A DNA stretch of 64,000 nt from an uncultured delta proteobacterium (GTDB lineage: Bacteria; Desulfobacterota; BSN033; UBA1163), in assembly GCA_963827685.1 (NCBI GenBank), contig CAWHBU010000002.1, positions 832,001-896,000 on the forward strand, in the 5' to 3' direction. The translations under genes and the position numbers were made by a program. This document shows positions 29,860 through 40,795 of the stretch, in pieces (the first letter of the stretch is position 1; the number at the start of each line of letters is the position of its first letter). The notes beneath the pieces are model-generated. The model had not been told where the DNA came from. It did no database searches and saw only the letters and a list, made by a program, of their open reading frames with translations.

Positions 29860-31440
29860 TTATTCCTTTTCTCCCTTCTGAAGCCGCTTAATCTCTTCTT
29901 GAATCGCCTTTTCGGCTAAATCCGGAATAACCTCTTTCACCATCCTCTCAATCCGCTCAGCGGTGAGACCAATGATATGTTGGGTCATCAATGGAAGGAT
30001 CTTTGTGATGAAATCCCCTACCATGTCCTGAATCCCTTTCGCAATGACCTCTTCCAGATGTTTATCGAGCACCTTCACTAAAGGGCTCACTTCTTCCATC
30101 TGCCTTCTCACTTCACTCACCAGGGGTTTGATCTGTTCCTCGAAAAGTTTTGGAGCTTCGAATTCTTCGAGGGTCTCCATTCGTGTCACTTCAGGCTGAA
30201 TCTCCTCTATTTTGACCTCCTCCGGTCTGGCCTCTTTTGGCTTCCCCATGACACTAATCTGTTCTTCTCCCAATATCTCTTCTAAAAGTTCATCCGGGAA
30301 CTCCTCTTCGGGCAGTTCTAAGAGTTTCTCTTCCTCCAAAAATTCCTCTTTGGACAGCTCTTTAGGTTCCTCGCGCTCCACGAATGGCTCCACAGGAATG
30401 GCTTCTTCTGAGATTTCTTCCTTAGGCTCCTCGATCAGAAAGGGCTGGAGTTCTTCCTCTACTGCAAACTCCTCTATGGGGATGGCTTCTTCTGAGATCT
30501 TTTTCTTAGGTTCCCCGACAAAAAGAGGCCGTCGTTCTTCCCTCGGCAACTCAGCTTCTACTTCCTTCTGAGAGGTTACCTCGAACTCTGGGAGATCCAA
30601 ATATTTTTTAGGAGGCTCCTCCATCTTGGAGGGCTTTTCTTCTACATATCTTACCTCTTTATCAGAAGGCCACTCCTTCTCTAAAGAGGGCTTAAATTGT
30701 TCTACCTTTTCAAGGATCTCCTCCAATTCGATCTTCTCAAAAAGTTCGTCTTCAGGTGAAGCTCCTTGAGAGGGCCTTCCCTTTTTAAATTGGAAATCGA
30801 TGTCTCGGATTTCCCTCTCGGGACGAAGGGCGAATTTCTTTTCTTCTGGTTTTTCGTCAAACTCCAGTTTTTCCCAGGGCTCTAGAGAAGTCATCTCCTC
30901 GAACGATTTTCCTTTATCTGAGGGAACGAAACTATCAATGCTCATCTTGGGTTCGGGTTCATCCACGACATCCACCAATTCGATGATTTCGTCTTCCCCT
31001 TCCCCTATTCCATCCAATAAAAAGTCCTCCTGCTTCTCAGAAACCATTTTTTTCCTCTTTCCGACCACGTCCTCTTCCACCAGGTGGTCCACCAAATCAA
31101 GAACCTCATTTTCGTTGAGAGGTCTTGAGATCACCCCGTCTGCCTGGAAGCGTTTGCGATCCTTTTCCGAAATCTCATCAAAGATACTTGAGATGAGGAT
31201 GAACGGGACGTGTTTAAACTCCGGATCCCCTTTGATGGCCCCACATAATTCCAAACCACCCATCTCATGAAGACCCGTCCCCGAAGCAATGATCATGTCC
31301 GGTTTGAAAAGTTTTGCCCTAAGAAGGGCATCCTCCCCGCTCTCTGAAAAGATGAGGTGATAATCAGCGCTTCCAAAAATTTTTTGAAACTCTTCCTGAT
31401 CGGCCTTATCCGAATCAGCAATTAAAATTTCCTTTGCCAT
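29860..31440 (-). CDS. romR: RomR-like protein: atypical receiver, long Glu-rich linker, conserved C-terminal helix
   Basis: N-terminal receiver fold, acidic low-complexity middle, C-terminal EVIPDLAEKAIQEEIKRL; directly upstream of valS. Confidence 0.65.
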   Translation of the reverse strand: MAKEILIADSDKADQEEFQKIFGSADYHLIFSESGEDALLRAKLFKPDMIIASGTGLHEMGGLELCGAIKGDPEFKHVPFILISSIFDEISEKDRKRFQADGVISRPLNENEVLDLVDHLVEEDVVGKRKKMVSEKQEDFLLDGIGEGEDEIIELVDVVDEPEPKMSIDSFVPSDKGKSFEEMTSLEPWEKLEFDEKPEEKKFALRPEREIRDIDFQFKKGRPSQGASPEDELFEKIELEEILEKVEQFKPSLEKEWPSDKEVRYVEEKPSKMEEPPKKYLDLPEFEVTSQKEVEAELPREERRPLFVGEPKKKISEEAIPIEEFAVEEELQPFLIEEPKEEISEEAIPVEPFVEREEPKELSKEEFLEEEKLLELPEEEFPDELLEEILGEEQISVMGKPKEARPEEVKIEEIQPEVTRMETLEEFEAPKLFEEQIKPLVSEVRRQMEEVSPLVKVLDKHLEEVIAKGIQDMVGDFITKILPLMTQHIIGLTAERIERMVKEVIPDLAEKAIQEEIKRLQKGEKE

Positions 31441-31522
31441 CCTCGGGTCTCCTGTTTGCGGCCGGGGAGAACGGATAATCATTCTCTCAATTGTAATTTT
31501 TTATCACAAAGAACATAGAATG

Positions 31523-32881
31523 TCAAGAAAATCGCAGTATTTCGCCAACAAAACGACCGACAAGGGAATGGAGATCGACGTCGAAATCATAGTTGGCCCT
31601 CACAGTGGGTTGATCGATTTGGATCTTTTTTCTCAAATCCATTGGTGTCGCGATGACCACAGCATCACAAACGCAGCGCCGGATGGTCTTCTCAAGGTCT
31701 TTAATCTGTTCCTCCCAATAACCCATGGCTGGAAGCACTCGACCGATATGGGGGTATTTCTCATAGACCTCTTTTAGTGAGCCCACCACGTAAGGCCTCG
31801 GATCAACCAATTCTCTGGCCAGCTTCCTCGAAGCCGCGGCACCTGCTCCATCAGGCATACCCCCATGGGTAATGGTGGGGCCATCCTCGACGACCAACAC
31901 TCTTTTGCCTGCGATTCTTTCTGGATGATCTAAATGAGTGACAGAGGGTGCCTCCAAAACTTTCGCCCCGGGATTCATCAGAGAAATATTCTTTCTAATC
32001 TTTTTTAGGGACTCCTCACTCCCTTCATTCACCTTTGTAATAATGAGAAGATCAGCCCTCCTTAAGTTCACCTCTCCGGGATAGTAGAGTTTTTCGTGAC
32101 CCGGCCTCAAGGCATCTACGAGAACGATCTCCCAATCCGGCCTGATAAATGGAAAATCATTGTTGCCTCCATCCCAGACAATCACCTGAGACTCTTGTTC
32201 GGCCACCCTCAATACCTGTTCGTAGTCCACACCGGCGTAGACGGTAATTCCCATCTCAACGAGGGGTTCGAATTCCTCTCTTTCTTCGATGGTGCAAGTC
32301 TCCTCCTCCACATCCCTCATGTTGGAAAAACAGAGCACCGGTTTAAACTCGCAATAGGCCATCGGATGGCGGATGACCGATACCTTAAGACCTCTTTTTC
32401 TTAAGAGAGAGCCTAACTTGCGAGTGATGACCGACTTCCCGCAACCTGTCCTGACTGCGCAGACAGAAATGACCGGTACCCGACTTTTAAGCATCGTCTC
32501 CGTTGGACCCAGAAAGACAAAATCCTGGCCTTTTGAAAGTACCCAAGAGGCCTTGTCCATAACTTCCTCATGGGAGACATCGCTGTAGGAAAAGATGACC
32601 TGATCAACAAGAAATTCCGAGAGCAACCGGGGAAGCTCTTCCTCCGGGTAGATGGGAATCCCTTTGGGATAATGGGGTCCTGCAAGCTCTGGAGGATAGA
32701 TGCGATCCGCAATAAAAGGGATTTGTGTGGCAGTGAAAGCAACTACGCGGCAGGAGGAATGTTTCCTAAAAGTTGTGTTGAAATTATGAAAATCCCTCCC
32801 TCCTGCCCCGAGGATGATCACCCGGATGGGCTGCTTTGAATCCCCGCTCTTCGACTTGTTGTCAAAACCCCTCTTTTTCAT
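31523..32881 (-). CDS. Cyclic 2,3-diphosphoglycerate synthetase-like P-loop protein (COG2403-type)
   Basis: [35 protein letters not shown] and [11 protein letters not shown]. Confidence 0.85.
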   Translation of the reverse strand: MKKRGFDNKSKSGDSKQPIRVIILGAGGRDFHNFNTTFRKHSSCRVVAFTATQIPFIADRIYPPELAGPHYPKGIPIYPEEELPRLLSEFLVDQVIFSYSDVSHEEVMDKASWVLSKGQDFVFLGPTETMLKSRVPVISVCAVRTGCGKSVITRKLGSLLRKRGLKVSVIRHPMAYCEFKPVLCFSNMRDVEEETCTIEEREEFEPLVEMGITVYAGVDYEQVLRVAEQESQVIVWDGGNNDFPFIRPDWEIVLVDALRPGHEKLYYPGEVNLRRADLLIITKVNEGSEESLKKIRKNISLMNPGAKVLEAPSVTHLDHPERIAGKRVLVVEDGPTITHGGMPDGAGAAASRKLARELVDPRPYVVGSLKEVYEKYPHIGRVLPAMGYWEEQIKDLEKTIRRCVCDAVVIATPMDLRKKIQIDQPTVRANYDFDVDLHSLVGRFVGEILRFS

Positions 32882-33924
32882 AGGATGACCCAGGGAAGCG
32901 GGAGAAAAAGTTTTTCATAAAGGTTGAAGGTATAACGGTCTGTCATGCCAGCAAGAAAGTCGCATACACATCGCTCCGGAGAGTCATAGAGTGACTCCAT
33001 TTTGGTCAGCGCTAAAAAATAATCCGGATGGTCAACCAGATATTGATAGAGTTCTCTCAAAATCTTTGTCGCCTTATGGAAATCGGAATGAACGGCTTCG
33101 CTCTCATAAACCTGCTTCCAGAGGAATTCCCGGAGATCCCAAATCGCTGAGAGAACAGCTTTTGAGATAGAAAGCTTCCCCTTACCGGATCGGAGGGTTT
33201 CCTGGATGATATCAGTGACCATCGTATTAATTCGCTTGGAATGGGTGTCACCCAGACATTTCAGACAATCACCGGGAATATTGTTTGGGGAAATCACCCC
33301 TCCCCGAATGGCATCGTCAATATCATGATTGATATAAGCAATGATATCCGCAATGCGCACCACCTGACCTTCAAGGGTAAAAGCCATTGCCTCAGGGTCC
33401 TCACAGAGGATCTCCCCCTTCCCCTTGGTGTGCTTCAAAATGCCGTCTCTCACCTCAAATGTGAGATTCAACCCCTTCCCATCTTTTTCCAGAAGATCGA
33501 CGACTCTCAGGCTTTGATCGGCGTGATTAAATCCGCCCGGAACGATCTCATTCAGGGTATCCTCCCCGGCATGGCCAAATGGGGTATGCCCCAGATCGTG
33601 TCCCAATGAGATAGCCTCTGTTAAATCCTCGTTGAGACGGAGGGCTTTGGCAACCGTCCTTGCAATCTGAGAAACCTCAAGGGTATGAGTCAATCGGGTC
33701 CGGTAATGATCACCCATTGGAATGAGAAAAACCTGGGTTTTGTGTTTTAATCTCCTGAAAGACTTGGAATGGATGATTCGATCTCGGTCATGTTGAAAGG
33801 CGGGTCGGAGCGGACATTCTTCCTCGTAAATTTGACGGCCCTTCGTCTTTGAACTCAACGTCGCAAAGGGAGAGAGGGTCTTTTTCTCAAGATCTTCTAA
33901 TTCTTCTCTAATCGTTTTTGTCAA
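32878..33924 (-). CDS. dgt: Deoxyguanosinetriphosphate triphosphohydrolase
   Basis: [35 protein letters not shown] and AGMTD. Confidence 0.95.
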   Translation of the reverse strand: MTKTIREELEDLEKKTLSPFATLSSKTKGRQIYEEECPLRPAFQHDRDRIIHSKSFRRLKHKTQVFLIPMGDHYRTRLTHTLEVSQIARTVAKALRLNEDLTEAISLGHDLGHTPFGHAGEDTLNEIVPGGFNHADQSLRVVDLLEKDGKGLNLTFEVRDGILKHTKGKGEILCEDPEAMAFTLEGQVVRIADIIAYINHDIDDAIRGGVISPNNIPGDCLKCLGDTHSKRINTMVTDIIQETLRSGKGKLSISKAVLSAIWDLREFLWKQVYESEAVHSDFHKATKILRELYQYLVDHPDYFLALTKMESLYDSPERCVCDFLAGMTDRYTFNLYEKLFLPLPWVIL

Positions 33925-34004
33925 TTGACAGGCTCCATTTGATCGAATATGCTTTTGATAGCTAAATTATCATAAAAGAAAGGCTTTATCAAACCGAACC
34001 TAAA

Positions 34005-35408
34005 ATGGACCTAAATCACCTCAGGGAAGAAATCCGCAAAGATCCCATCCTTTCCAAATTGTCGAGATTGGCGAGGGAACAGAACATTCCCTTTTTCTTG
34101 GTAGGAGGATATGTCAGGGATCTCTTGCTCGGGACGCCAGCGAAGGACTATGATTTCGTTTTGCCGAAACACGCCTCTCTATTCATTCAAACGATTGAGG
34201 AAGCCCTGCATCTTCGCTTCTTTAAGGTAGGGAAGGAGGAGATGAACACCGCCGCTTACCGAATCATCAAAGAAGGTATGTCCGTCGATCTCACCTTCCT
34301 ACAAGGGGAGACGATTGAAGAGGATCTCCAACGAAGAGACTTCACCGTCAACGCCGTCGCTTTCTCTCTTCAAGATGAAACCTTTCATTGGGTTGAAGGA
34401 GCCCTTGAGGATTTTGGAAAAAAGCTGATCCGTACCGCCTCAATGCATTCCATTGATCAAGATCCATTAAGGATGCTCCGGGCGATCCGTTACCTTTGCA
34501 CCCTGGATGGTTTTGTCATGGATAAGGAATTGAAGGAGGAGATTTCCCTAAAGAAAGAAAAGATCGCGAGCCTCCCTGGCGAGCGGATTAAAACAGAGCT
34601 GGATCAAATCTTTCTCTCTCCTCATCCAGCCCTTGGAATGAAATCCCTTTATGAATCCAATTTACTTTTCACCCTTTTCCCGGAACTGGAGGGTTTGGCA
34701 ACCCTTGGTCAAAATGAGCACCACCATCTGGATGTCCTTTCCCATACCCTTCTCATGGTTGAAAAAATATCATGGGCCTCTGAATGGGTCGCTCGACATG
34801 CTCAAGAGATTTCCCTGAATCAGGAAGATCGGCTCTCTCTCTATCATGCGGCCCTCTTCCACGATATCGGTAAACAAAATACGTATTTAAAAGATGGAAA
34901 AGGGAGGGTTCATTTCTATACCCACGAATCTTTCTCCGTTCAAGCAGCGGAGAGGATCATGGAAAGACTTCGCTTCTCCAACTCAACGAAGAATAAAATT
35001 CTCCACCTCGTCAAGAACCACATGAGAATCCTCAACCTGTCCTGGGAGACAAAAGAAACAGCCCTCAAAAGACTGGTCCATCAAATAGGGGATGAAACCC
35101 CTCTCCTTGTCCTTCTCACCCTTGCGGATAAGGAGGCGAGCCGGGGGATCCTATCCATTCAGAATGACGAGGTGGTAGAAAACCACTGTCTTCGTATCCT
35201 CGAATTATTTAAAGAAAAGGATATCGTCCATCCTCCGCCCCTCATCACCGGAGACGATGTGATGGCTTTGGGATATTCCTCTGGACCGAGAGTAGGACAA
35301 ATTCTGAACTTCATCCGCCAGAGGCAGGTGGAGGGCGAGATTAAAAATAGAGAAGAGGCATTAAGGGTGTTAAGAGAAACATTCGGAATGGAAGGGTTGG
35401 GGCGATAG
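34005..35408 (+). CDS. cca: CCA-adding tRNA nucleotidyltransferase / poly(A) polymerase family with HD domain
   Basis: VGG.VRD, DYD, EDLQRRDFTVNA, DPLRMLRA and FHDIGK. Confidence 0.85.
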   Translation: MDLNHLREEIRKDPILSKLSRLAREQNIPFFLVGGYVRDLLLGTPAKDYDFVLPKHASLFIQTIEEALHLRFFKVGKEEMNTAAYRIIKEGMSVDLTFLQGETIEEDLQRRDFTVNAVAFSLQDETFHWVEGALEDFGKKLIRTASMHSIDQDPLRMLRAIRYLCTLDGFVMDKELKEEISLKKEKIASLPGERIKTELDQIFLSPHPALGMKSLYESNLLFTLFPELEGLATLGQNEHHHLDVLSHTLLMVEKISWASEWVARHAQEISLNQEDRLSLYHAALFHDIGKQNTYLKDGKGRVHFYTHESFSVQAAERIMERLRFSNSTKNKILHLVKNHMRILNLSWETKETALKRLVHQIGDETPLLVLLTLADKEASRGILSIQNDEVVENHCLRILELFKEKDIVHPPPLITGDDVMALGYSSGPRVGQILNFIRQRQVEGEIKNREEALRVLRETFGMEGLGR

Positions 35409-35492
35409 AATCCTGTTGATTACTCAAACATATTTGATAGAATATTTGTAAAAGCAATAGTCATCAATAACCTTGCGCTGGGAGGTGGGTCT

Positions 35493-38462
35493 ATGGTCAA
35501 AAAATTCTCGGAAATTCTTAAAAAGAAGCTAAGGCCCCGCCTGAAGAAAATCCTTATTGGACTCATCATCTTCTTTGCCGCTTTTACCCTCCTTGGCTTT
35601 TTTGGACTGCCTCCGATCTTAAAGATTATTTTGACAAAGAAACTTTCTGAGAATCTGCATCGTGAGGTGACCATCAAACAGATCAAGCTCAACCCCTACG
35701 CCCTTTCCATAGCCATCAGAGGCCTAATGATTAAAGACAAGGAGAGCTCTGAAACCTTTCTGTCTTGCGAGGAGATCTTCCTCAATCTCGAGAGCCTCTC
35801 TGCGCTTAAGAGGGCTCTTATTCTTAGTGAAATAAGGTTAAAGCAACCCTTCATCAAGATCACTCAACATGCGGATAGATCCTATAATTTCTCAGATTTG
35901 ATAGAAAAAAAAGAGACCAAACCGCCAGAAAAGGAAAAATCTAAACCTCTTAATTTTTCTTTGAATAATATTAAAATAGAAAATGGGAGCATTGATTTCC
36001 TGGACGAATCCAAACAGAAAAAGCATACGGTCAGAGAGCTGAATATTGGCGTCCCATTTCTCTCAAACATCCCTTACTATGTCGAAACATACGTCCAACC
36101 CTCTTTTTCAGCCAAAATTAACGGAACTCCCTACACTCTCCAAGGAAAGACGAAACCATTTACGGAATCCCGTGAAACCACTTTTGATATTAATATTAAT
36201 GATCTGGATATTCCTTATTATCTTGTCTATGTTCCGATGAAAATGAATTTTAGGATTGCCTCGGCATACCTGGATACACAAACACAGATTTCTTTTGTTC
36301 AACCTAAGGGTGAAAAGCCTTCTCTCACCGTCACGGGAAATGTCTCACTGAAAAATATTGCCGTCAACGATCAACAGAATAAGCCTTTATTAAGGCTGCC
36401 CCTTTTGAGTATTTCCATCGCCCCATCAAGACCGATAGAAAAATTCATTCATTTATCCAAAGTCTCGATTCAATCGCCTGGGTTGGAAATACGGCGCGAT
36501 GGAAAAGGGACGCTTAATGTCCAGGCGCTTTTGCCGGAAAAGAGGGAGACAAAACCTGCCACTGGAAAAGCGGAGGATTCGACACCTTTTTCTTTAGACA
36601 TCGATGAAGTGCAACTGACGGATGGAAAAATCTCTTTTTCTGACCTCACGCCTGCCGAACCTGTCACCGTGACTGCCAAGAACCTCGACCTGAGAGTAGA
36701 AAAGATCTCGACTGCTAAAAACAGTAAGGGCAAACTTTCGCTTTCTCTCCTTCTGGATAAAAAGGGAAAGATTTCCACGACGGGATCGATTGGCATTGAC
36801 CCTATCACAGCAGAACTGAAAATGGACATGAAGGGTATTGAGATCGGCTCATTCCAATCCTATTTTGCTGATAAAGTAAAAATCACCGTTACAGGCGGCG
36901 CCTTCTCGACAACAGGCAACCTTTCGTTGGGCATTGCGGATAATAAGGAGATCAAAGTCACATACAGAGGCAATGCGGCTCTATCCGGTTTCTCTTCGAT
37001 TGACAAGGCCAACGCCGAGGATTTCTTGAAATGGGATTCTCTCTCTTTCAGTGGTCTCAACGTGGGGATCAACCCTCTCTTGATGGATATCAAAGGAATC
37101 TCGCTGACCAATTTCTATTCCCGGGTGATCATGAACGCTGGTGGAACCCTTAACCTTCAAGAAATCCTTGAAAAGGGTGAACCAAAGACAGGAACTCCAA
37201 CCCCTCCTGTAACACAGGAGAAAACTACTCCCCAGGAGAAGGCACCCCTTTCGCCAAAAGAATCTTCAAAAAATATCAAAATAGGAACGATCACTCTGCA
37301 AGGAGGAAGAATCGACTTCACCGACAGATCCCTCAAACCAGAATATTCGGCAAAACTGGCTGAGATAGGAGGAAGAATATCAGGGCTTTCCTCTGAAGAA
37401 ACCACCCTGGCAGATCTGGAACTTCGTGGGAAACTCGATGATTATGCCCCTCTCGAGATTACCGGGAAGATCAATCCTCTGAAAGAGGATCTTTATGTCG
37501 ACCTAAAAGTTAGGTTTAAAGATATGGAGCTCAGCCCTACGACCCCCTATGCCGGGAAATACGTCGGGTACACCGTCGAGAAAGGAAAACTCTCCTTTGA
37601 CCTGAAATACCTTATCGTCAAGAAGAAACTTGAATCTCAAAATTACATCCATCTAGACCAACTTACCTTAGGGGAAAAAGTGGAGAGTCCTCAAGCGACA
37701 AAGTTGCCTGTCAAGCTTGCCATTGCCCTTCTTAAGGACCGAAAAGGAGAAATCAAATTAGATATCCCTGTGACAGGCAGCCTGGATGACCCCAAATTTA
37801 GCATTTGGGGCATCATCTTAAAGATACTCATCAATCTGATTGCGAAAGCTGCCACATCACCGTTTTCACTTCTTGGAGCTGTTTTGGGGGGCGGTGAAGA
37901 ACTGAGTTTCGTAGAATTCGATTACGGAATCACCACCCTTACAGAACCGAATGCAAAGAAAATTGAAACCCTTGTAAAGGCGCTCCATGATAGACCTTCC
38001 CTCAAGATGGATCTCGAGGGCCATGTGGATATGGAGAAAGATAGAGAGGGATTAAAACAGTACCTGTTCAATAAAAAACTGAAGGCCCAGAAATTAAAAG
38101 AAATGGTTAAGAAAGGAGAACCCGCCATTGCAGTAGATGAGGTTAAAATCGAGCCTGCCGAATACGGGAAGTACTTGAAAATGGCGTATAAGGAGGGAAA
38201 ATTCCCCAAACCAAGAAATTTTCTTGGAATCGCGAAGGACTTGCCTGATCCGGAAATGGAAAAATTGATGCTTACCTATATCGAGATCAAGGAGGACGAT
38301 CTGAGAACCCTGGCCGCTCAACGAGCGATGAAGGTAAAAGATGCCATCTTGAAGTCCGGCCAGGTTGAACCAGAGAGGGTCTTTGTCCTTGAACCCAAAT
38401 CTCTTGCGCCTGAAAAGAAGGAAAAGCTCAAGGATAGCCGTGTTGATTTTAAACTCAAATAA
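35493..38462 (+). CDS. DUF748 / AsmA-like envelope protein
   Basis: N-terminal TM anchor, repeated beta-rich units, LAIALLKD..G.I.LDIPV.G.LDDP.FS and OmpA-like C-terminus (LAAQRA..V). Confidence 0.8.
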   Translation: MVKKFSEILKKKLRPRLKKILIGLIIFFAAFTLLGFFGLPPILKIILTKKLSENLHREVTIKQIKLNPYALSIAIRGLMIKDKESSETFLSCEEIFLNLESLSALKRALILSEIRLKQPFIKITQHADRSYNFSDLIEKKETKPPEKEKSKPLNFSLNNIKIENGSIDFLDESKQKKHTVRELNIGVPFLSNIPYYVETYVQPSFSAKINGTPYTLQGKTKPFTESRETTFDININDLDIPYYLVYVPMKMNFRIASAYLDTQTQISFVQPKGEKPSLTVTGNVSLKNIAVNDQQNKPLLRLPLLSISIAPSRPIEKFIHLSKVSIQSPGLEIRRDGKGTLNVQALLPEKRETKPATGKAEDSTPFSLDIDEVQLTDGKISFSDLTPAEPVTVTAKNLDLRVEKISTAKNSKGKLSLSLLLDKKGKISTTGSIGIDPITAELKMDMKGIEIGSFQSYFADKVKITVTGGAFSTTGNLSLGIADNKEIKVTYRGNAALSGFSSIDKANAEDFLKWDSLSFSGLNVGINPLLMDIKGISLTNFYSRVIMNAGGTLNLQEILEKGEPKTGTPTPPVTQEKTTPQEKAPLSPKESSKNIKIGTITLQGGRIDFTDRSLKPEYSAKLAEIGGRISGLSSEETTLADLELRGKLDDYAPLEITGKINPLKEDLYVDLKVRFKDMELSPTTPYAGKYVGYTVEKGKLSFDLKYLIVKKKLESQNYIHLDQLTLGEKVESPQATKLPVKLAIALLKDRKGEIKLDIPVTGSLDDPKFSIWGIILKILINLIAKAATSPFSLLGAVLGGGEELSFVEFDYGITTLTEPNAKKIETLVKALHDRPSLKMDLEGHVDMEKDREGLKQYLFNKKLKAQKLKEMVKKGEPAIAVDEVKIEPAEYGKYLKMAYKEGKFPKPRNFLGIAKDLPDPEMEKLMLTYIEIKEDDLRTLAAQRAMKVKDAILKSGQVEPERVFVLEPKSLAPEKKEKLKDSRVDFKLK

Positions 38463-38510
38463 TCCGAAACCGGCCCATCAGAATCTCACGGCGAAAAGGA
38501 GGAGCCAGCG

Positions 38511-38966
38511 ATGTTAAAGGAATTCAAAGAATTTGCAATGCGGGGAAATGTTGTGGACATGGCGGTTGGAATCATTATTGGTGCGGCCTTTGGCACCATC
38601 GTCAATTCGCTTGTCCAGGATCTGATAATGCCACCCATCGGTCTACTTCTTGGGAATATCGATTTCTCCAACTTCTTCGCGGTGCTTAAGGAAGGTAAGG
38701 TGGCCGGACCCTATGCATCGGTTGCCGCGGCAAAAGCGGCTGGCGCGGTGACCATGAACTATGGTGTGTTCATCAGCACCATCATCAGTTTTTTCATTGT
38801 TGCCTTTGCCGTGTTTCTTCTTGTTCGGACGATCAATAGACTGAAGCGTCAAGGGGAAGCTCCACCTCCGGTCCCAACCACGAAAGAGTGTACTTACTGT
38901 TTTTCAAAGATCCCGATTCAGGCGACGCGTTGTCCGAACTGTACCTCTGAGCTGAAGGCAGGTTGA
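38511..38966 (+). CDS. mscL: Large-conductance mechanosensitive channel with C-terminal CxxC..CxxC zinc ribbon
   Basis: [24 protein letters not shown] and C-terminal CTYC...CPNC. Confidence 0.96.
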   Translation: MLKEFKEFAMRGNVVDMAVGIIIGAAFGTIVNSLVQDLIMPPIGLLLGNIDFSNFFAVLKEGKVAGPYASVAAAKAAGAVTMNYGVFISTIISFFIVAFAVFLLVRTINRLKRQGEAPPPVPTTKECTYCFSKIPIQATRCPNCTSELKAG

Positions 38967-38985
38967 AAGAGATACTGCGACCCAT

Positions 38986-39100
38986 TCACCCCGCACTCAC
39001 CCTCCTCTCTCCCGCGACCACGGGCGAGAGGGCTTCGGCGTGAGCCCGTCGGCCTGAGCTAGGGTTGAAGGCTCAGTCGACCGCTAAAGGTGAGTGGGGA
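38986..39100. repeat. Family B palindrome with a nested internal hairpin
   Basis: CACTCACC...CTCTCCCG..CGGGCGAGAG...CCTGAGC/GCTCAG...GGTGAGTG. Confidence 0.6.
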
Positions 39101-39132
39101 TAATCGAAACAAAATAGAACAGGAGAATTACA

Positions 39133-40461
39133 ATGGTATCACGCCTCCTCAACTTCTTTAAGACCGGTATTTGGGAAATCCAATTAAAGGGCCTCTCCCC
39201 TATAGAAGCCTTCTTCTTTAAATACTTACGCATTATTCTTTTGGCATTGCGAGGATTTATGAGGGATCAATGTCAGAAGACCGCTTCGGTTCTGACCTAT
39301 TATTCTTTACTCAATATTGTTCCGGTGGTCGCCGTGGCCTTTGCGGTCGCAAAAGGCTTTGGTCTTGAGAAACTCATCGAAAAAAAAATCCTCCAAATTG
39401 CTGAAAATGCAAACTGGCAATCGGATGTCACCACACAGATTATTTCCTTTTCTCACAAACTCCTTGAGCAGGCAAAGGGAGGCTTAATTGCCGGCATCGG
39501 TGTGGTATTGCTATTCTGGACAGTGATATCGATCCTGGGGAAAATTGAAGACTCATTGAATGAGATCTGGGAAGTAAAAAAATCCAGGACACTGGTGAGA
39601 AAATTTAGTGATTATATTGCAGTGATGGTCTTAGGCCCTGTTCTTCTTATCATTTCCAGCAGTGCGACCGTCCTTGTGGCAAGTCAAGTGAAGGTGATCG
39701 TCAACAAAATCGCCTTCCTGGGAGTTTTCGGAAAGGTGATTCTTCTCCTGTTGAATCTACTGCCCTATGTATCCATCTGGACGCTCCTAACGATGCTCTA
39801 CCTGATCATGCCAAACACCCGGATACCGGTCAGGTCAGCCATTTTGGGAGGTATCTTTGCAGGGACCATTGCCCAAATCGTCCAATGGATATATATTAAA
39901 TTCCAGATTGGGGTAGCAAGTTATGGCGCTATTTACGGGAGCTTCGCGGCCCTTCCCCTTTTCTTAGCCATGCTTCAAATGAGTTGGATGATCGTTCTTT
40001 TCGGTGCGGAAATCGCTTATGCCAATGAGCATTATGAAACATTCGGCTTTCATCCGGACTATTCTCGGATAAGTGTTTCATCGAAAAGACTCCTCATGCT
40101 TAGGATCTTTCACCTTCTCACCAAGAAGTTTTCTCTTGGAGAAAAGGCTTTAAGTGCCAGCCAGATTGCCCATGTGTTGGAGATTCCGGTTCGACTTGTA
40201 CGGCAGCTCCTCCATGAATTAAGCGATGTGGGTCTGGTGGTTGAGACAGTCAGGGGAATCAAGAGCGAGGTCGCCTTTCAACCAGGGCGAACGATTGAAA
40301 ACATCACAGTCAAAGCCGCTCTCGACGAGTATGAGAAGTACGGAATTACAAAGATCCCTGACTATCAGTCCGAAGAAGCGGAGAAGATTTCCAAATATCT
40401 GAAAGATATTTCAGAAACCATCGAAAAATCACCTGCAAACGTCCGTTTGAAAGAGATCTGA
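39133..40461 (+). CDS. YihY/BrkB family membrane protein with C-terminal winged-helix-like domain
   Basis: LTYYSLL, LNEIW, IYGSFAALP and LFGAE; soluble C-terminal HTH-like segment. Confidence 0.88.
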   Translation: MVSRLLNFFKTGIWEIQLKGLSPIEAFFFKYLRIILLALRGFMRDQCQKTASVLTYYSLLNIVPVVAVAFAVAKGFGLEKLIEKKILQIAENANWQSDVTTQIISFSHKLLEQAKGGLIAGIGVVLLFWTVISILGKIEDSLNEIWEVKKSRTLVRKFSDYIAVMVLGPVLLIISSSATVLVASQVKVIVNKIAFLGVFGKVILLLLNLLPYVSIWTLLTMLYLIMPNTRIPVRSAILGGIFAGTIAQIVQWIYIKFQIGVASYGAIYGSFAALPLFLAMLQMSWMIVLFGAEIAYANEHYETFGFHPDYSRISVSSKRLLMLRIFHLLTKKFSLGEKALSASQIAHVLEIPVRLVRQLLHELSDVGLVVETVRGIKSEVAFQPGRTIENITVKAALDEYEKYGITKIPDYQSEEAEKISKYLKDISETIEKSPANVRLKEI

Positions 40462-40485
40462 CAAGGGCAGTAGCGTCCCAAATAT

Positions 40486-40683
40486 GAGATTGCTTCGCTT
40501 CGCCCTGAACACCATGTGGTGCTGTGGTGCAGGGCTTCGCTCGCAATGACCACTTCAATCATAACACTTTACTGTCATTGCGAGGAGTCCCGGCATAGCG
40601 GGATGACGTGCCTGCACGCCGAAGTGTTTGAACACAGGGATTCTTAGTAGCATGAAGTTTCGGCACGCAGGCGTGGCAATCTC
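40486..40683. repeat. Two family C half-elements with nested inserts
   Basis: GAGATTGCTTCG...TCGCAATGAC (40486-40550) and GTCATTGCGAGGAG...GCAATCTC (40574-40683). Confidence 0.75.
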
Positions 40684-40756
40684 GATTTTGAAAGCCAATG
40701 AAATCAAGTGTAGTGAAATCTAATTCGGGCAAGAGTGACAGGAAGGGTGTGTCTCA

Positions 40757-40788
40757 TTGACAAATCGATCCGAAATCCCTTATAAAAT
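40757..40788 (+). promoter_or_regulatory. Sigma70-type promoter of galE
   Basis: TTGACA at 40757-40762; TATAAA at 40781-40786, overlapping TAAAAT at 40783-40788. Confidence 0.5.
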
Positions 40789-40795
40789 TGATTGG

